Below, in pieces: positions 1 to 9,454 of a stretch of DNA of 59,177 nucleotides. A program made the position numbers and the translations under genes. Every line of letters begins with the position of its first letter. Position 1 is the first letter of the stretch. The notes below the pieces were generated by a model. The model did not search any database, had not been told where the DNA came from, and saw only the letters and a program-made list of their open reading frames with translations. Location of the stretch: positions 1 to 59,177 of IMG/VR virus record IMGVR_UViG_3300024999_000117, one strand, 5' to 3'. This DNA is from a virus (lineage: Duplodnaviria; Caudoviricetes).

Positions 1-45
1 GTCTAGAGTTTGTTTACTCCAGAGATTTGATCCCCCCTACCGTAC
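1..45 (-). other. Probable cos-adjacent genome end (other end near 59120-59177)
   Basis: Minus strand GGGGGGATCAAATCTCT...CTAGAC just downstream of the HNH gene; the opposite window end lies just upstream of terS, the usual cos position in HNH-terminase phages. Confidence 0.55.
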
Positions 46-71
46 ATCAAATAATATATAAGTTTATCTAA

Positions 72-440
72 TTATTTTCCTAGTCCTCCATCAACCAGCA
101 CAGTCTTCCTGCTATGACAGGCATGACAAAGCGCCTGATGGTTACTAGGTTTCCAAAACCCTGAATCATTAGGACCACTCACAGCTACGATATGATCAAC
201 GTCTGTCGATGGTGTTAGTTTTCCCTTAGCTTCACACTTAACACAAAGTGGATTCTCACAAAGAAATCTTTTCCTGTATCGCTGCCATCTAAAGCCGTAA
301 CCTCGCTGTGCTGAACTACCTCTGCGCTCGTCATATCGTTTAGCTTCCTGCTTCTTATGCTCCTCGCAGAATCTTTCAGTGGTTAACTGGTTACATCCGG
401 GATAGCTACAAGGTCTTTGGCTTCTCGGTGGCAATATCAT
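72..440 (-). CDS. HNH endonuclease (terminase-associated, HK97 gp74-like)
   Basis: CSYPGC..C..H N-terminus, CVKC, VDHI, N and LCHACH motifs; GAGGTG RBS places the start near 434-440. Confidence 0.9.
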   Translation of the reverse strand: MILPPRSQRPCSYPGCNQLTTERFCEEHKKQEAKRYDERRGSSAQRGYGFRWQRYRKRFLCENPLCVKCEAKGKLTPSTDVDHIVAVSGPNDSGFWKPSNHQALCHACHSRKTVLVDGGLGK

Positions 441-536
441 CACCTCAAAAGAAATAAGACTCGGCACTGGACCGAATCTTTTGACGAATATATAATATCA
501 CATTTTTAGGTGCCAAAACTCCCGACTTTACACCAC

Positions 537-992
537 TTAGTTATAAACTTTATAACCTTTGTACAAAGCAACCAGCAATAAGAAGTTCTCTCGCCACTTC
601 CAGAAGGTTGTCTCAGAGACATGGAGTTTTAGTTGTATTCCTTTGGGTGTCAAGGTTCTGTTAAAGAACATCTCCTGGATAAATTCAGCTTTCTTACTAT
701 CTCCTACAGGAAATTCTCTCATGGCCCGCTCAATGGCGTATACTGTCTTTTCCATATCACGTATGGCCGTAGTGGTCATAAGCTTTATAGCCGTGTTGTA
801 TGTCGTATCGCTTATGTCTGTTCCTCTCGGGCCATCCTGCACTGAATAATTTCTCTGCATCAGAATATTATTTCTAGCTTCTTCAAGCTCAACTTTAATA
901 ATTTCAAAAACCCTTACTTCTTCTTCCAGGTGTTTAAGTTGACTTTTCTTAAGAGACGCATACCAGGCTCTTTTACTCTCTTTCTTAGTCAT
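537..992 (-). CDS. RinA/ArpU-like late transcriptional activator
   Basis: C-terminal HTH (IQLKLHVSETTFWKWR); last early gene before HNH/terminase; RBS GGAGGTG before MTKKES. Confidence 0.7.
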   Translation of the reverse strand: MTKKESKRAWYASLKKSQLKHLEEEVRVFEIIKVELEEARNNILMQRNYSVQDGPRGTDISDTTYNTAIKLMTTTAIRDMEKTVYAIERAMREFPVGDSKKAEFIQEMFFNRTLTPKGIQLKLHVSETTFWKWRENFLLLVALYKGYKVYN

Positions 993-993
993 A

Positions 994-2373
994 TCACACC
1001 TCCTGACTGATTCTTTCAATCCGTGCTTTAACTGCCTCCATCAAAGCCTCTTGCCCTGCTGCTTTTCGTTCCAAAGCAGCCACAGCCTCTTCATCCATTG
1101 TTCCCTCGGCCACCAGTCGCATAACTACGATTCTCTGCGTCTGCCCCTGCCTGTGTACTCTCGCATTAGCCTGCTGATCTTCTTCAAGGCTCCATATATC
1201 GTCAAACCATACGACAGTCTGACAACTAGACTCCTGCAAGTTTAAACCGTGTCCAGCTGACTTAGGATGCAACAGCAGTATGGGTATTCCATCACTGTTC
1301 CAGTCAGCTATATCCTGATTTCCGTCTTTACCCTTCCGCAAGATTCGCGCTTGCGGAAATCTCTTCTGAATCCTAGCCAAACTATGCTTGAAGTTATAAA
1401 ACACCATGACCGGCTTGCCGTTTGCAGCCTCGATAATGTCTTCCAAAGCATCCAGCTTAGCACTGTGTATCTGCTTGACACCTTTATCCTCGTCATAAAC
1501 TGCACCGGAAGCCATTTGCAGAAGCTTATTGCTCAGTACAGCCGCCGTAGTCGCTACAACATCAGCATCTTGATACGGTAATAACAAATCACGTTCTAAC
1601 TTTTTGTACAGCTCCCGCGCTTGCGCCGAAAGTTTAATTCGGATAGTCCGGTCAATTCTCTCTGGCAACTCCAACCAATCGGCAGATTTCATACTCACAG
1701 CAATATCACTGATCGCCTCGTAAATCCTCTGCTCTGACTCTTTTTTCTGGTGCCACTTGTAAACCACATGCCCGCTACGCTCTCCCGGTGTAAAATATCT
1801 GTCCCGATAACCCGTGATAGTTTTACCAAGGCGCTCTCCTTGGTCAGCTAAGTATACCTGTGGCCACAAGTCTATAAGACCATTTGGTGCAGGTGTACCC
1901 GTTAACTCAACTAATCTTTTAATCAACGGTCGTACTCTACGTAATGCTCGAAAACGTTTTGCTTGGTGATTTTTAAAACTGCTCGACTCGTCAATCACTA
2001 CCATATCGAACTTCCACTTTGTGCCTAACTCACTAACTAACCACTCAACGTTTTCACGATTTATTATATGGATATCGGCTTGCCTGTTAAGTGCATTTAA
2101 ACGCTCTTTCCGTGAACCTAATATCTTTGATACCTGAAGATGTTTTAAATGCTCCCATTTGCCAATCTCACCACTCCAAGTAGATTCTGCAACTCTAAGA
2201 GGTGCTATAACTAACACTTTGCTTACATCGAAGTAATCATTCAGCAATAAATCTATCGCTGTTAGTGTAGACACTGTTTTTCCTAAGCCCATTTCCAAAA
2301 ACAGTAATAACATCGGACAATCAATTATTTTTTGGGTCGCGTGTTGCTGGTACATATGCGGTTTATATTTCAC
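994..2373 (-). CDS. SNF2-family helicase
   Basis: EMGLGKT, VIDESS, LTGTP, GHGLNLQ and ARVHRQGQ motifs. Confidence 0.92.
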   Translation of the reverse strand: MKYKPHMYQQHATQKIIDCPMLLLFLEMGLGKTVSTLTAIDLLLNDYFDVSKVLVIAPLRVAESTWSGEIGKWEHLKHLQVSKILGSRKERLNALNRQADIHIINRENVEWLVSELGTKWKFDMVVIDESSSFKNHQAKRFRALRRVRPLIKRLVELTGTPAPNGLIDLWPQVYLADQGERLGKTITGYRDRYFTPGERSGHVVYKWHQKKESEQRIYEAISDIAVSMKSADWLELPERIDRTIRIKLSAQARELYKKLERDLLLPYQDADVVATTAAVLSNKLLQMASGAVYDEDKGVKQIHSAKLDALEDIIEAANGKPVMVFYNFKHSLARIQKRFPQARILRKGKDGNQDIADWNSDGIPILLLHPKSAGHGLNLQESSCQTVVWFDDIWSLEEDQQANARVHRQGQTQRIVVMRLVAEGTMDEEAVAALERKAAGQEALMEAVKARIERISQEV

Positions 2374-2650
2374 CGGCTTTCACCTTTCCAATAAATTCAT
2401 CTACGCCCTCACGAGAATCTATTTTAAAAACTTTGTGGCCTAATCCTTGGAGTATTTTTACCCATCGCTCCTGAAGAGGTTCCAGTGCTTTACCTGGTGC
2501 TTTCATTTCGACGAATGCGATCATACCATCAGGGAGTATGATTATTCTATCGGGTACGCCTCTATTTCCTGGCGATGCCCATTTAGGTGCCCGGCCCCCG
2601 ATTCGTTCTACCTCACAAACCAGGTATCTTTCCAATGTTGATTCTCTCAT
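2363..2650 (-). CDS. VRR-NUC domain nuclease
   Basis: MRESTLE...GVPDRI...FVEMKAPG...LQ PD-(D/E)xK pattern. Confidence 0.9.
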   Translation of the reverse strand: MRESTLERYLVCEVERIGGRAPKWASPGNRGVPDRIIILPDGMIAFVEMKAPGKALEPLQERWVKILQGLGHKVFKIDSREGVDEFIGKVKAGEI

Positions 2651-2669
2651 AGTACTCTCCTTTTTGGGA

Positions 2670-2940
2670 GTTGCCGTGGTTGCCCCTTACACGCGCGTAC
2701 TCGTAATTATAGGCGTTTAACCTATTTAACCTATAATTACATTGCCTACGCATAGGTTAATTATATATTTTATTTATTTATATATATATTACGGCAACTA
2801 AGGCAACCTATATGCGTGAAGCCTTGGTATTATTGGTTGCCGTGAGGTTGCCGTGACTAAGTATTTTACGGCAACCTCACGGCAACCACGGCAACCTCAC
2901 GGCAACCACGGCAACCTTGCGGCAACCGTTTACGGCAACC
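2670..2940. repeat. Iteron-like ACGGCAACC array with AT-rich tract; probable replication origin
   Basis: Direct copies at about 2791, 2868, 2879, 2888, 2899, 2908, 2919 and 2932; inverted copies at about 2670, 2835 and 2846; A/T-only run at 2757-2790; directly downstream of the primase/VirE gene. Confidence 0.75.
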
Positions 2941-5280
2941 TCAAATGATACGTTCAAATACTCTCTGAACACCGTAACCTGGTATTTTAGCCTTACCTTT
3001 TCGCTCCTTCCATCCTGGCATTTGCCTCATAATATCCATGATTTCTTTTGCTTCCCACGTGCGTATGGATCCTTTTTTGTTGTTTAAACATTCCGCCCAT
3101 ATCTGCGCGACACATACACGGCTTTTTAATTGTCCTGAAGTACGTTCCATGAAGTCTGTTTCTTCTGAGTCAAGCCATTCCTGAATTATCCCTTCGCGGG
3201 TATCCAATTCCGTGTGTAAGGCTTGTTGCCGCTCAGCTTCCTCTCTCGCTTCGTTATCCACCTCCAACGTTTCATCTGCATTAAACCAACTTAAAACCTC
3301 AGCCCATATCTGCCCGACAAGCTCATCAGTTAAGTGATCCCAATGACTCAATTCAGCTTTTTCGGGATTAACCTCAACCGGCCAAAAGCGACGATTACCT
3401 GTTGTGTCCCGTAGAAAATCCTTAGTGTTCGTAGTACCGAAAAAAATACATTTTCGCGGGAAGTCAGATACCTGTCTATCGTACGCAACCCGATATCGAT
3501 CCTCAGTCTTAGATAAAAAAGCTTTAACTTCCTCTACTTCTGACTTTTTAAGCGCTGATAACTCACCAATTTCAAATATCCACCCTGCCTGTAAATGTTC
3601 TCCCGCTTCTTTATTTTCAAAAGTTCTTAAAGAATCACTAAACCACTCTCGTCCTAACTTTGCCAAAATACTACTTTTACCCGCTCCCTGCGGCCCTATC
3701 AGCACCAACATTTGATCGAATTTACAACCAGGTACGTATAACCTTTTCACTGCAGCGAGTAACATTTTACGGGTAACTTGTCTCACGTAATGGTTATCAG
3801 CGGCCCCCAGATAAGTTATAAATACGTGTTCAGCTCTAGTTACCCCATCCCAAACGTTAGACTCGAGGTAAGCTTTAATGGGGTGAAATTCGAACTTATG
3901 AACCACTTCTGTAAAAGCGTTTTGTATAAGCTTTGTACTATTTATTCTATAAACTTTAGCAAACCAGTGTTGCAGGCGTTTATCGTCAGATCCAAGCCAA
4001 GGCTCGTACTTTTTACCTACCCTACTCCTATCTCTCCAAGGTAGATCTTTTCGTAAGACTTCTGTATTACCGAAAGAATCGTAGGCTAAAACACCCCACC
4101 AGGGGCCGTGTGTCAATAACAGTTCAATATTACCGGCTGTAGGTAAAGGTAATCCTGTTTTATGATGGTTCTCTAATTTAGTGGTCCAATTGTCATCCTC
4201 CGGATCTTCATTTTCGTAATCGGTAAACGTTTCCCCACATTCTGCTTGCCGTTCTAATGCGCCGAACTTTTTAACTTCGGGTAAGGTTACAACGTAATGC
4301 TCCATAGCCAAAAAACTAGGTTTTTTATTGTCAGGTGTAAATTCTTTAACGTTCTCATCTAAATACCCAAACTTATGCACCCGTACCAGGTCAAAAACGT
4401 TATAGGTTCTACCATCAGCAATAGGATCGCTATCTTGGTATGAGTAGACCAAACCTTGATCCGGGAACACTTCTAAACCATTTGCGGATGTACCGTTAAC
4501 ATACGTATACCGATTCGGCATTGATCCAGCCACATATGACTCACTTAAGAAAGTTTCTATACCTTCCTCGATTGCGTAAGCCCGGCAGAATAATCCTATC
4601 GTGCCGAACTTTTCACGAGGATCCTGAGCCTTCTTGCTGATTAATTGGCCGCCTGTTTTATCCTTTGGGTGCCTTGGCCACTGTGATACGTCAGTCCAGT
4701 CATCATACTCAGCTAGTAGCCCATCGACACTAATCGGCTTTCCCTCGTGAACGTCAAATACCATTTCCGCATCTTTGCTGCAACTAGGAAGATACATGAG
4801 CCTATGTACTTCAAACGTCGTTTTATCAAAATAGTGCATCCCGATTTGCTCTGCCAGTTTACGGCTAATAGCCGAATATTCATCGGGTGATATAGGTCTG
4901 TCTATAAGCACAATAAGCCTGTATCTAGGGCTAGTTGATCTGTGGCTGTGAGTAGAATATATGAGATATGTACAGCCACCTAAAACCAAATCTACATCAG
5001 GTAAGAATTCTTCAGTCACATTATCCACATCAAATGTTATGACACTTCGTGTATCAATGTTCTCTTTTTTTCTTCGACCACCCCGGACGAGCCCGCCAAC
5101 AAAAGCGGGTCCATCCTTGATTTTACCCTTTGCGTTCTTATCCATTGCGTCATATTGAGCCATTGTTTCGGGTGTGCGTCGTACTTTACTTAATCTGTCT
5201 ATGAACTCATCCCAGGTTAAGTACTCTGGTTTCCAGTTCGTATCTGTTCGATGCCTACCAAAGCTGATATCAAGTTCCAT
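2941..5280 (-). CDS. Primase-helicase, VirE/VapE family
   Basis: N-terminal primase-like region (FDVD, STHSH, RYRL); C-terminal P-loop GPQGAGKS and TGNRRFWPV. Confidence 0.9.
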   Translation of the reverse strand: MELDISFGRHRTDTNWKPEYLTWDEFIDRLSKVRRTPETMAQYDAMDKNAKGKIKDGPAFVGGLVRGGRRKKENIDTRSVITFDVDNVTEEFLPDVDLVLGGCTYLIYSTHSHRSTSPRYRLIVLIDRPISPDEYSAISRKLAEQIGMHYFDKTTFEVHRLMYLPSCSKDAEMVFDVHEGKPISVDGLLAEYDDWTDVSQWPRHPKDKTGGQLISKKAQDPREKFGTIGLFCRAYAIEEGIETFLSESYVAGSMPNRYTYVNGTSANGLEVFPDQGLVYSYQDSDPIADGRTYNVFDLVRVHKFGYLDENVKEFTPDNKKPSFLAMEHYVVTLPEVKKFGALERQAECGETFTDYENEDPEDDNWTTKLENHHKTGLPLPTAGNIELLLTHGPWWGVLAYDSFGNTEVLRKDLPWRDRSRVGKKYEPWLGSDDKRLQHWFAKVYRINSTKLIQNAFTEVVHKFEFHPIKAYLESNVWDGVTRAEHVFITYLGAADNHYVRQVTRKMLLAAVKRLYVPGCKFDQMLVLIGPQGAGKSSILAKLGREWFSDSLRTFENKEAGEHLQAGWIFEIGELSALKKSEVEEVKAFLSKTEDRYRVAYDRQVSDFPRKCIFFGTTNTKDFLRDTTGNRRFWPVEVNPEKAELSHWDHLTDELVGQIWAEVLSWFNADETLEVDNEAREEAERQQALHTELDTREGIIQEWLDSEETDFMERTSGQLKSRVCVAQIWAECLNNKKGSIRTWEAKEIMDIMRQMPGWKERKGKAKIPGYGVQRVFERII

Positions 5281-5287
5281 TTGGGTA

Positions 5288-5869
5288 TCACCCTTTTAGT
5301 TCGTCGGTCAGTTTGTGAAACATTTCAATAAATTGCTTTTTTGCTTCCTGCGGCGATAACCCTAAAACAGGTTTAAGCTTTAGATCTAAACCAGTTATAC
5401 TCTTTGCCCAATTCTGATTATTAGGCATGATATTTTTGGCTTCATACTTTAAAAGAGCGTTATCAATATCCCTGAGCATGTACGATAAATGGTTTTTGGT
5501 CTCCGGGGTTAAACCGAAAGCCTCAAATATAGCTTTTTGTACTTTATACTCTAACCCGACATAGTAACCGATATGCCGTTTAATAGGTCTAGGTATATCG
5601 CAAATGTATGCCTCTGCCGCGTCGTGTAACAATCCTCTAAGTTGCACTCCAGGGTAATAATCTCTAGCTGCTAACTCCTTAGCAACAATGATACTATGCT
5701 CAGCAACGCTATAAAACCTTGAACAGTGACCATTGAAACGACACTGCATAGATAACGAATGAGCAATATCCGAAATATCAACGTCCTCTGGCCTCGGGTC
5801 TAAAGGCCAGAACTGCTTACCTGTAAATGTTTCTATAAAGTCACCGATACGTTCAGTCAAACTGGCCAC
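5288..5869 (-). CDS. HD-domain phosphohydrolase (YfbR-like deoxynucleotidase)
   Basis: DIAHSLS..CRFNGH..FYSVAEHS and LLHDAAEAY motifs. Confidence 0.85.
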   Translation of the reverse strand: MASLTERIGDFIETFTGKQFWPLDPRPEDVDISDIAHSLSMQCRFNGHCSRFYSVAEHSIIVAKELAARDYYPGVQLRGLLHDAAEAYICDIPRPIKRHIGYYVGLEYKVQKAIFEAFGLTPETKNHLSYMLRDIDNALLKYEAKNIMPNNQNWAKSITGLDLKLKPVLGLSPQEAKKQFIEMFHKLTDELKG

Positions 5870-6315
5870 CTCCTGAATATAACAACCATACTGGGAAACG
5901 GTGCACTATTTTTAGCACCACCAAACTTAAGTCGGCCTTTTAAAAATCTCAACTCTATCCCGGGTCGTGTCTGGTGTTTTTCACAATCCCAAATATACCT
6001 GTGAAAATACTTTGTGTCAGTTCTGGCAGGTAAGAGCATAACAACGGTAGTCCCAATCTTAGATTCAGTTACCGCTTTCTCTATCCACAGACCAATTTCT
6101 TTACCGTAAGGCGGGTTACACCAACAGGATCTAAAAAGCCACCAGTCCTGAGACAATCCGTCGTCCGAAAAGTTGAAATAGGTTTCACATTTAGCGTTGT
6201 TTGCCTCAGCGCAAACATCTACATCAAAGTTAAATTCAAAATTCAATTGGTCAAATAGCTCCTGTGGCGTCTCCCATTCTGAACTGTCCGAGGAAAACAA
6301 AGCTTTATCTACCAC
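5857..6315 (-). CDS. Phage N6-adenine DNA methyltransferase
   Basis: EWETP, DVCA, WCNPPY, LLPARTDT and RLKF..APFPS motifs. Confidence 0.88.
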   Translation of the reverse strand: MVDKALFSSDSSEWETPQELFDQLNFEFNFDVDVCAEANNAKCETYFNFSDDGLSQDWWLFRSCWCNPPYGKEIGLWIEKAVTESKIGTTVVMLLPARTDTKYFHRYIWDCEKHQTRPGIELRFLKGRLKFGGAKNSAPFPSMVVIFRRWPV

Positions 6316-6327
6316 AAATTCACCCCA

Positions 6328-7287
6328 CTATGACAGTAAATCATCTATTTCTTTTTTAATCTCCTCTACAGCAATATCTAAATTGCTAACCGATTGATTG
6401 AAATATGATTCTTTTAACTCAATACCGACAAATTTTCTACCTAATCCTAAGGTTGGATAACCCTCGCTACCGATACCAGCAAACGGGCTACAAACGATAT
6501 CTCCAGGGTTAGACCACAATTTAACTGCCCTCTCCACAACGTCAAGTTGCAACGGGCAAATATGCTTTTCGTCCTGGTCATCACGGGCCAGTTTGCAGTT
6601 CAGTACGTTCATTTGGTTTATATCAAACCATACCGCGATTGACGGAAAGTTCTTAATAAAATCCTTAGTAACGTTTATATCCTTATCGTCGAACCAAAGA
6701 GGAGAAGCGTAATTCTGCCAATCACTGAGTGGAAAAGTTTCCTCAGTATGAGTGACCGGCTCAGGGTCTACGTAGTCATCTGCCCATTTCCTAAAAAGCA
6801 ACAAGTAATCTGGCAGGCCTGTCCTACTATAGCAGCTATCCTTCCTGAGCTGTTTATACAGTAGGCCGTGGCTTTTTGTCCTCTGCATTTCTGTAACTGG
6901 ACTTTTCCAAATCAGCACTTCCGCATGGTAGGTAAAACCGTGCTTTTGATGTAACCGGATAATCTCACCCCGGAAGTCCCTAAGTCCTGCCTTGCCATCC
7001 CTACCCTTGTAGTTAACCAGTTGCTTACAGTGGACTGCTGCAAGCCGGCCAGGAACCAAAGTCCTGTATGTTTCGCCTACCAGATAATTATAGTGTTTAA
7101 AGAACTCTTCGTCGTTCTTGCTGTTACCCATGTCTGCAATACTACTACTGTAGATATATAAACTACTGAAAGGTGGTGAGTATAAATGTAAGTGGACACT
7201 ATCGCTTGGTAACCCTTTCAGCACTTCACACGAATCACCATTATACATAGTGTAGAAATCTGTTATTTTTTGGTCTAATACTTTCAC
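6328..7287 (-). CDS. N4/N6 (beta-class) DNA methyltransferase
   Basis: SPPF catalytic motif, HICPLQ, SPFAGIGSEG SAM motif, GIELK; GTG start at 7287 overlaps the upstream stop. Confidence 0.85.
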   Translation of the reverse strand: MKVLDQKITDFYTMYNGDSCEVLKGLPSDSVHLHLYSPPFSSLYIYSSSIADMGNSKNDEEFFKHYNYLVGETYRTLVPGRLAAVHCKQLVNYKGRDGKAGLRDFRGEIIRLHQKHGFTYHAEVLIWKSPVTEMQRTKSHGLLYKQLRKDSCYSRTGLPDYLLLFRKWADDYVDPEPVTHTEETFPLSDWQNYASPLWFDDKDINVTKDFIKNFPSIAVWFDINQMNVLNCKLARDDQDEKHICPLQLDVVERAVKLWSNPGDIVCSPFAGIGSEGYPTLGLGRKFVGIELKESYFNQSVSNLDIAVEEIKKEIDDLLS

Positions 7288-8654
7288 GTGACACCCCCAA
7301 TTAACCACTCGGGTAGTAGCATTTTTAAAGTTGGGCAATAGTCAAGTCTGTGTTTTTTGTCCTGCATAAGAGCGTGGTTTTTCAGCATCCCACCAACCAT
7401 ACCCTTTTTCATTTCCTCAAATAAAGTTTCTTTGGTCCGGACGATATCAAGGATCTGCTTTTCTGTTTCACCAATAACTATGTGGCAGTTAACCACTTTG
7501 TCCTGACCAAAACGCCAAAACCTTCTAGTCGCCTGGTAGAAAGATTCATAGCTAAAACTTAACCCGCAAAATACAACATTACGGCAGTTCTGAAAATTTA
7601 ACCCAAAACCGAATATTGAAGGTTTGCTAATTAACACTCTTATTTTCCCAAACCTGAAATCCTTAGCTGCCGTTTCTTTTTTAATCGTGCTGTCACTGCC
7701 GCGAACGTCTACAGCATCAGGAATGGTTTTTTTCAGAGCGTCGGCCTCATAGTTTGTATCACACCAGATTGTATATTGTTCATCTGTCCGACTAACTATC
7801 TCCGCGCACTTAGCTACCCTATCGAGTAAAGTTTGCCGCTTCTCTCTGTGGTAGGTAGTAGCATTTAGCTTTGTCAGTTGGGACGGTTCAGCTATAGGTA
7901 AAATCTCTTCGATAATATTGAGTGGAGGTAAAGTATATCCCTCGTCTGAATAGCCCAGGTCACTCGGCCTGGATATACTGACAGCCCAATCTGATACCCA
8001 GTTCCAAAAGTCGTCTACAGCATGGCCTTTGAGCTTGTACTTACCCATGTTCATTGTATCGTTTATAAACCATACCGCCAGGGCCTCATGGCTTTCCATC
8101 ACATTTAAGAAAGCCGCATGATTCAATATTTCCATGTGGTCATTAGGCGAAGGTGTGGCTGTACAAGCCAACTTAAACTCAGTATGTTTAAAGGCTCTAA
8201 TAATCTGTTGTTTAATTTTCCCGCTGTAGGATTTCAGTATTGACGATTCATCTAACACAACACCGGCAAACTGGTCAGGATCGAACTTATGCAACATCTC
8301 GTAATTCGCTATGTTGACACCTGGTCTTACATCTGCTTGTTCCCGGCATATAGTTGTCTCAATCCCAAACTTTACACCTTCGTCGTGGGTCTGCTGTGCT
8401 ACAGACAGTGGTGCTAGAACCAGTACATCACCAAAAGTATCTTTACACACTTGGTCTCCCCATTCAAGCTGCATAGCGGTTTTACCAAGTCCGCAATCAG
8501 CGAAAACAGCAGCCTTTCCTTTCCCAATTGCCCATTTCACAATATCCTTTTGAAAAGGGAATAGTTTAGGATTAATGTCTTCCGGATAAATATTAAAACC
8601 TTTGTTCTGTACCAATATCTTTTTGCTTTCAAGAAAAGCCTCGTAATCAGTCAA
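7284..8654 (-). CDS. SF2 helicase-like protein coupled to the methyltransferase
   Basis: DCGLGKT, LDESS, TATP, GFGLNFQ and RRFWRFGQ motifs. Confidence 0.85.
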   Translation of the reverse strand: MTDYEAFLESKKILVQNKGFNIYPEDINPKLFPFQKDIVKWAIGKGKAAVFADCGLGKTAMQLEWGDQVCKDTFGDVLVLAPLSVAQQTHDEGVKFGIETTICREQADVRPGVNIANYEMLHKFDPDQFAGVVLDESSILKSYSGKIKQQIIRAFKHTEFKLACTATPSPNDHMEILNHAAFLNVMESHEALAVWFINDTMNMGKYKLKGHAVDDFWNWVSDWAVSISRPSDLGYSDEGYTLPPLNIIEEILPIAEPSQLTKLNATTYHREKRQTLLDRVAKCAEIVSRTDEQYTIWCDTNYEADALKKTIPDAVDVRGSDSTIKKETAAKDFRFGKIRVLISKPSIFGFGLNFQNCRNVVFCGLSFSYESFYQATRRFWRFGQDKVVNCHIVIGETEKQILDIVRTKETLFEEMKKGMVGGMLKNHALMQDKKHRLDYCPTLKMLLPEWLIGGVT

Positions 8655-8669
8655 TCAACCATCACCTCA

Positions 8670-8999
8670 TTAAGACAACAGGTCATCTATATCATCAACC
8701 GGCTCAGCAGTTTCTTGTTTTAATTTCTTAACTACTTCCCTAAAATCCAGCTTCATAATGTCTTTTTTCATCTGAGCCAAGTAGTCAAGTATTTGCCTAA
8801 CACCTACCAACTCGGAAGTCTTCAGACCATGATTAGCTAAGAATTTAAACAGAGATTCGTCAAACATTGAATAGTAACCGGCAGTAGTCCAATGCTCTTC
8901 TCCGACGTTTTCACCCTCAGTTTTAATTTTTCGCTGTTCAATGATGTAGTTAAATCGGTCAGAGGTTATTTTGAAATTTTCACCTACAAACAGTTCCAT
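8670..8999 (-). CDS. Hypothetical phage protein
   Basis: ORF packed in operon; ends DIDDLLS like nearby genes. Confidence 0.65.
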   Translation of the reverse strand: MELFVGENFKITSDRFNYIIEQRKIKTEGENVGEEHWTTAGYYSMFDESLFKFLANHGLKTSELVGVRQILDYLAQMKKDIMKLDFREVVKKLKQETAEPVDDIDDLLS

Positions 9000-9443
9000 T
9001 TAATCATCTCCATATAATCCGATAATCGGTAAACTACCGGCCAAACTCCGGTAGCTATTAACGTCATGCAAAACCACATAACCCTTGCGCTCTTTATTCC
9101 AAGACTTCTGATAATCAATTCGCAAATCAAAACCATCAATTCCTGCCCTAACAGTTTGATGTTTAGCTAAACTTCTATACATTTGCTTCAACAATTCATA
9201 ATCAAGCAGTATCGAATCACCCAACACCTTCACGGTCACAGGCGATCCTTTTATGAGTAGTTCTTGTAAATGCTCCCGTTCACGTTCCAGTCGCCTAAGC
9301 TCCTTGGAACTGCTATCCGATTTACGAAGTTTAGTAATTTGCTTTGTCAGTTCCTTGCTTTGTTCTTTTATTGATTTGTTAGCTAATTCCTTGACTTGCT
9401 TAATTTTATCCCCAGCGGTGAGGGGTCTAACATACATGGTCAA
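9000..9443 (-). CDS. Hypothetical protein (coiled-coil N-terminus)
   Basis: ORF with GGAG RBS, abutting neighbours. Confidence 0.65.
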   Translation of the reverse strand: MTMYVRPLTAGDKIKQVKELANKSIKEQSKELTKQITKLRKSDSSSKELRRLEREREHLQELLIKGSPVTVKVLGDSILLDYELLKQMYRSLAKHQTVRAGIDGFDLRIDYQKSWNKERKGYVVLHDVNSYRSLAGSLPIIGLYGDD

Positions 9444-9454
9444 TCAACTCCAAC

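Noticed and set aside
2868-2940. Tandem repeats as a CRISPR array
   Set aside because: Units are about 9-11 bp with no unique spacers; they fit iterons better.
5288-5869. DatZ of a 2-aminoadenine (Z) genome pathway
   Set aside because: No PurZ/PurA-like gene is recognisable, and adenine MTases argue for normal adenine.
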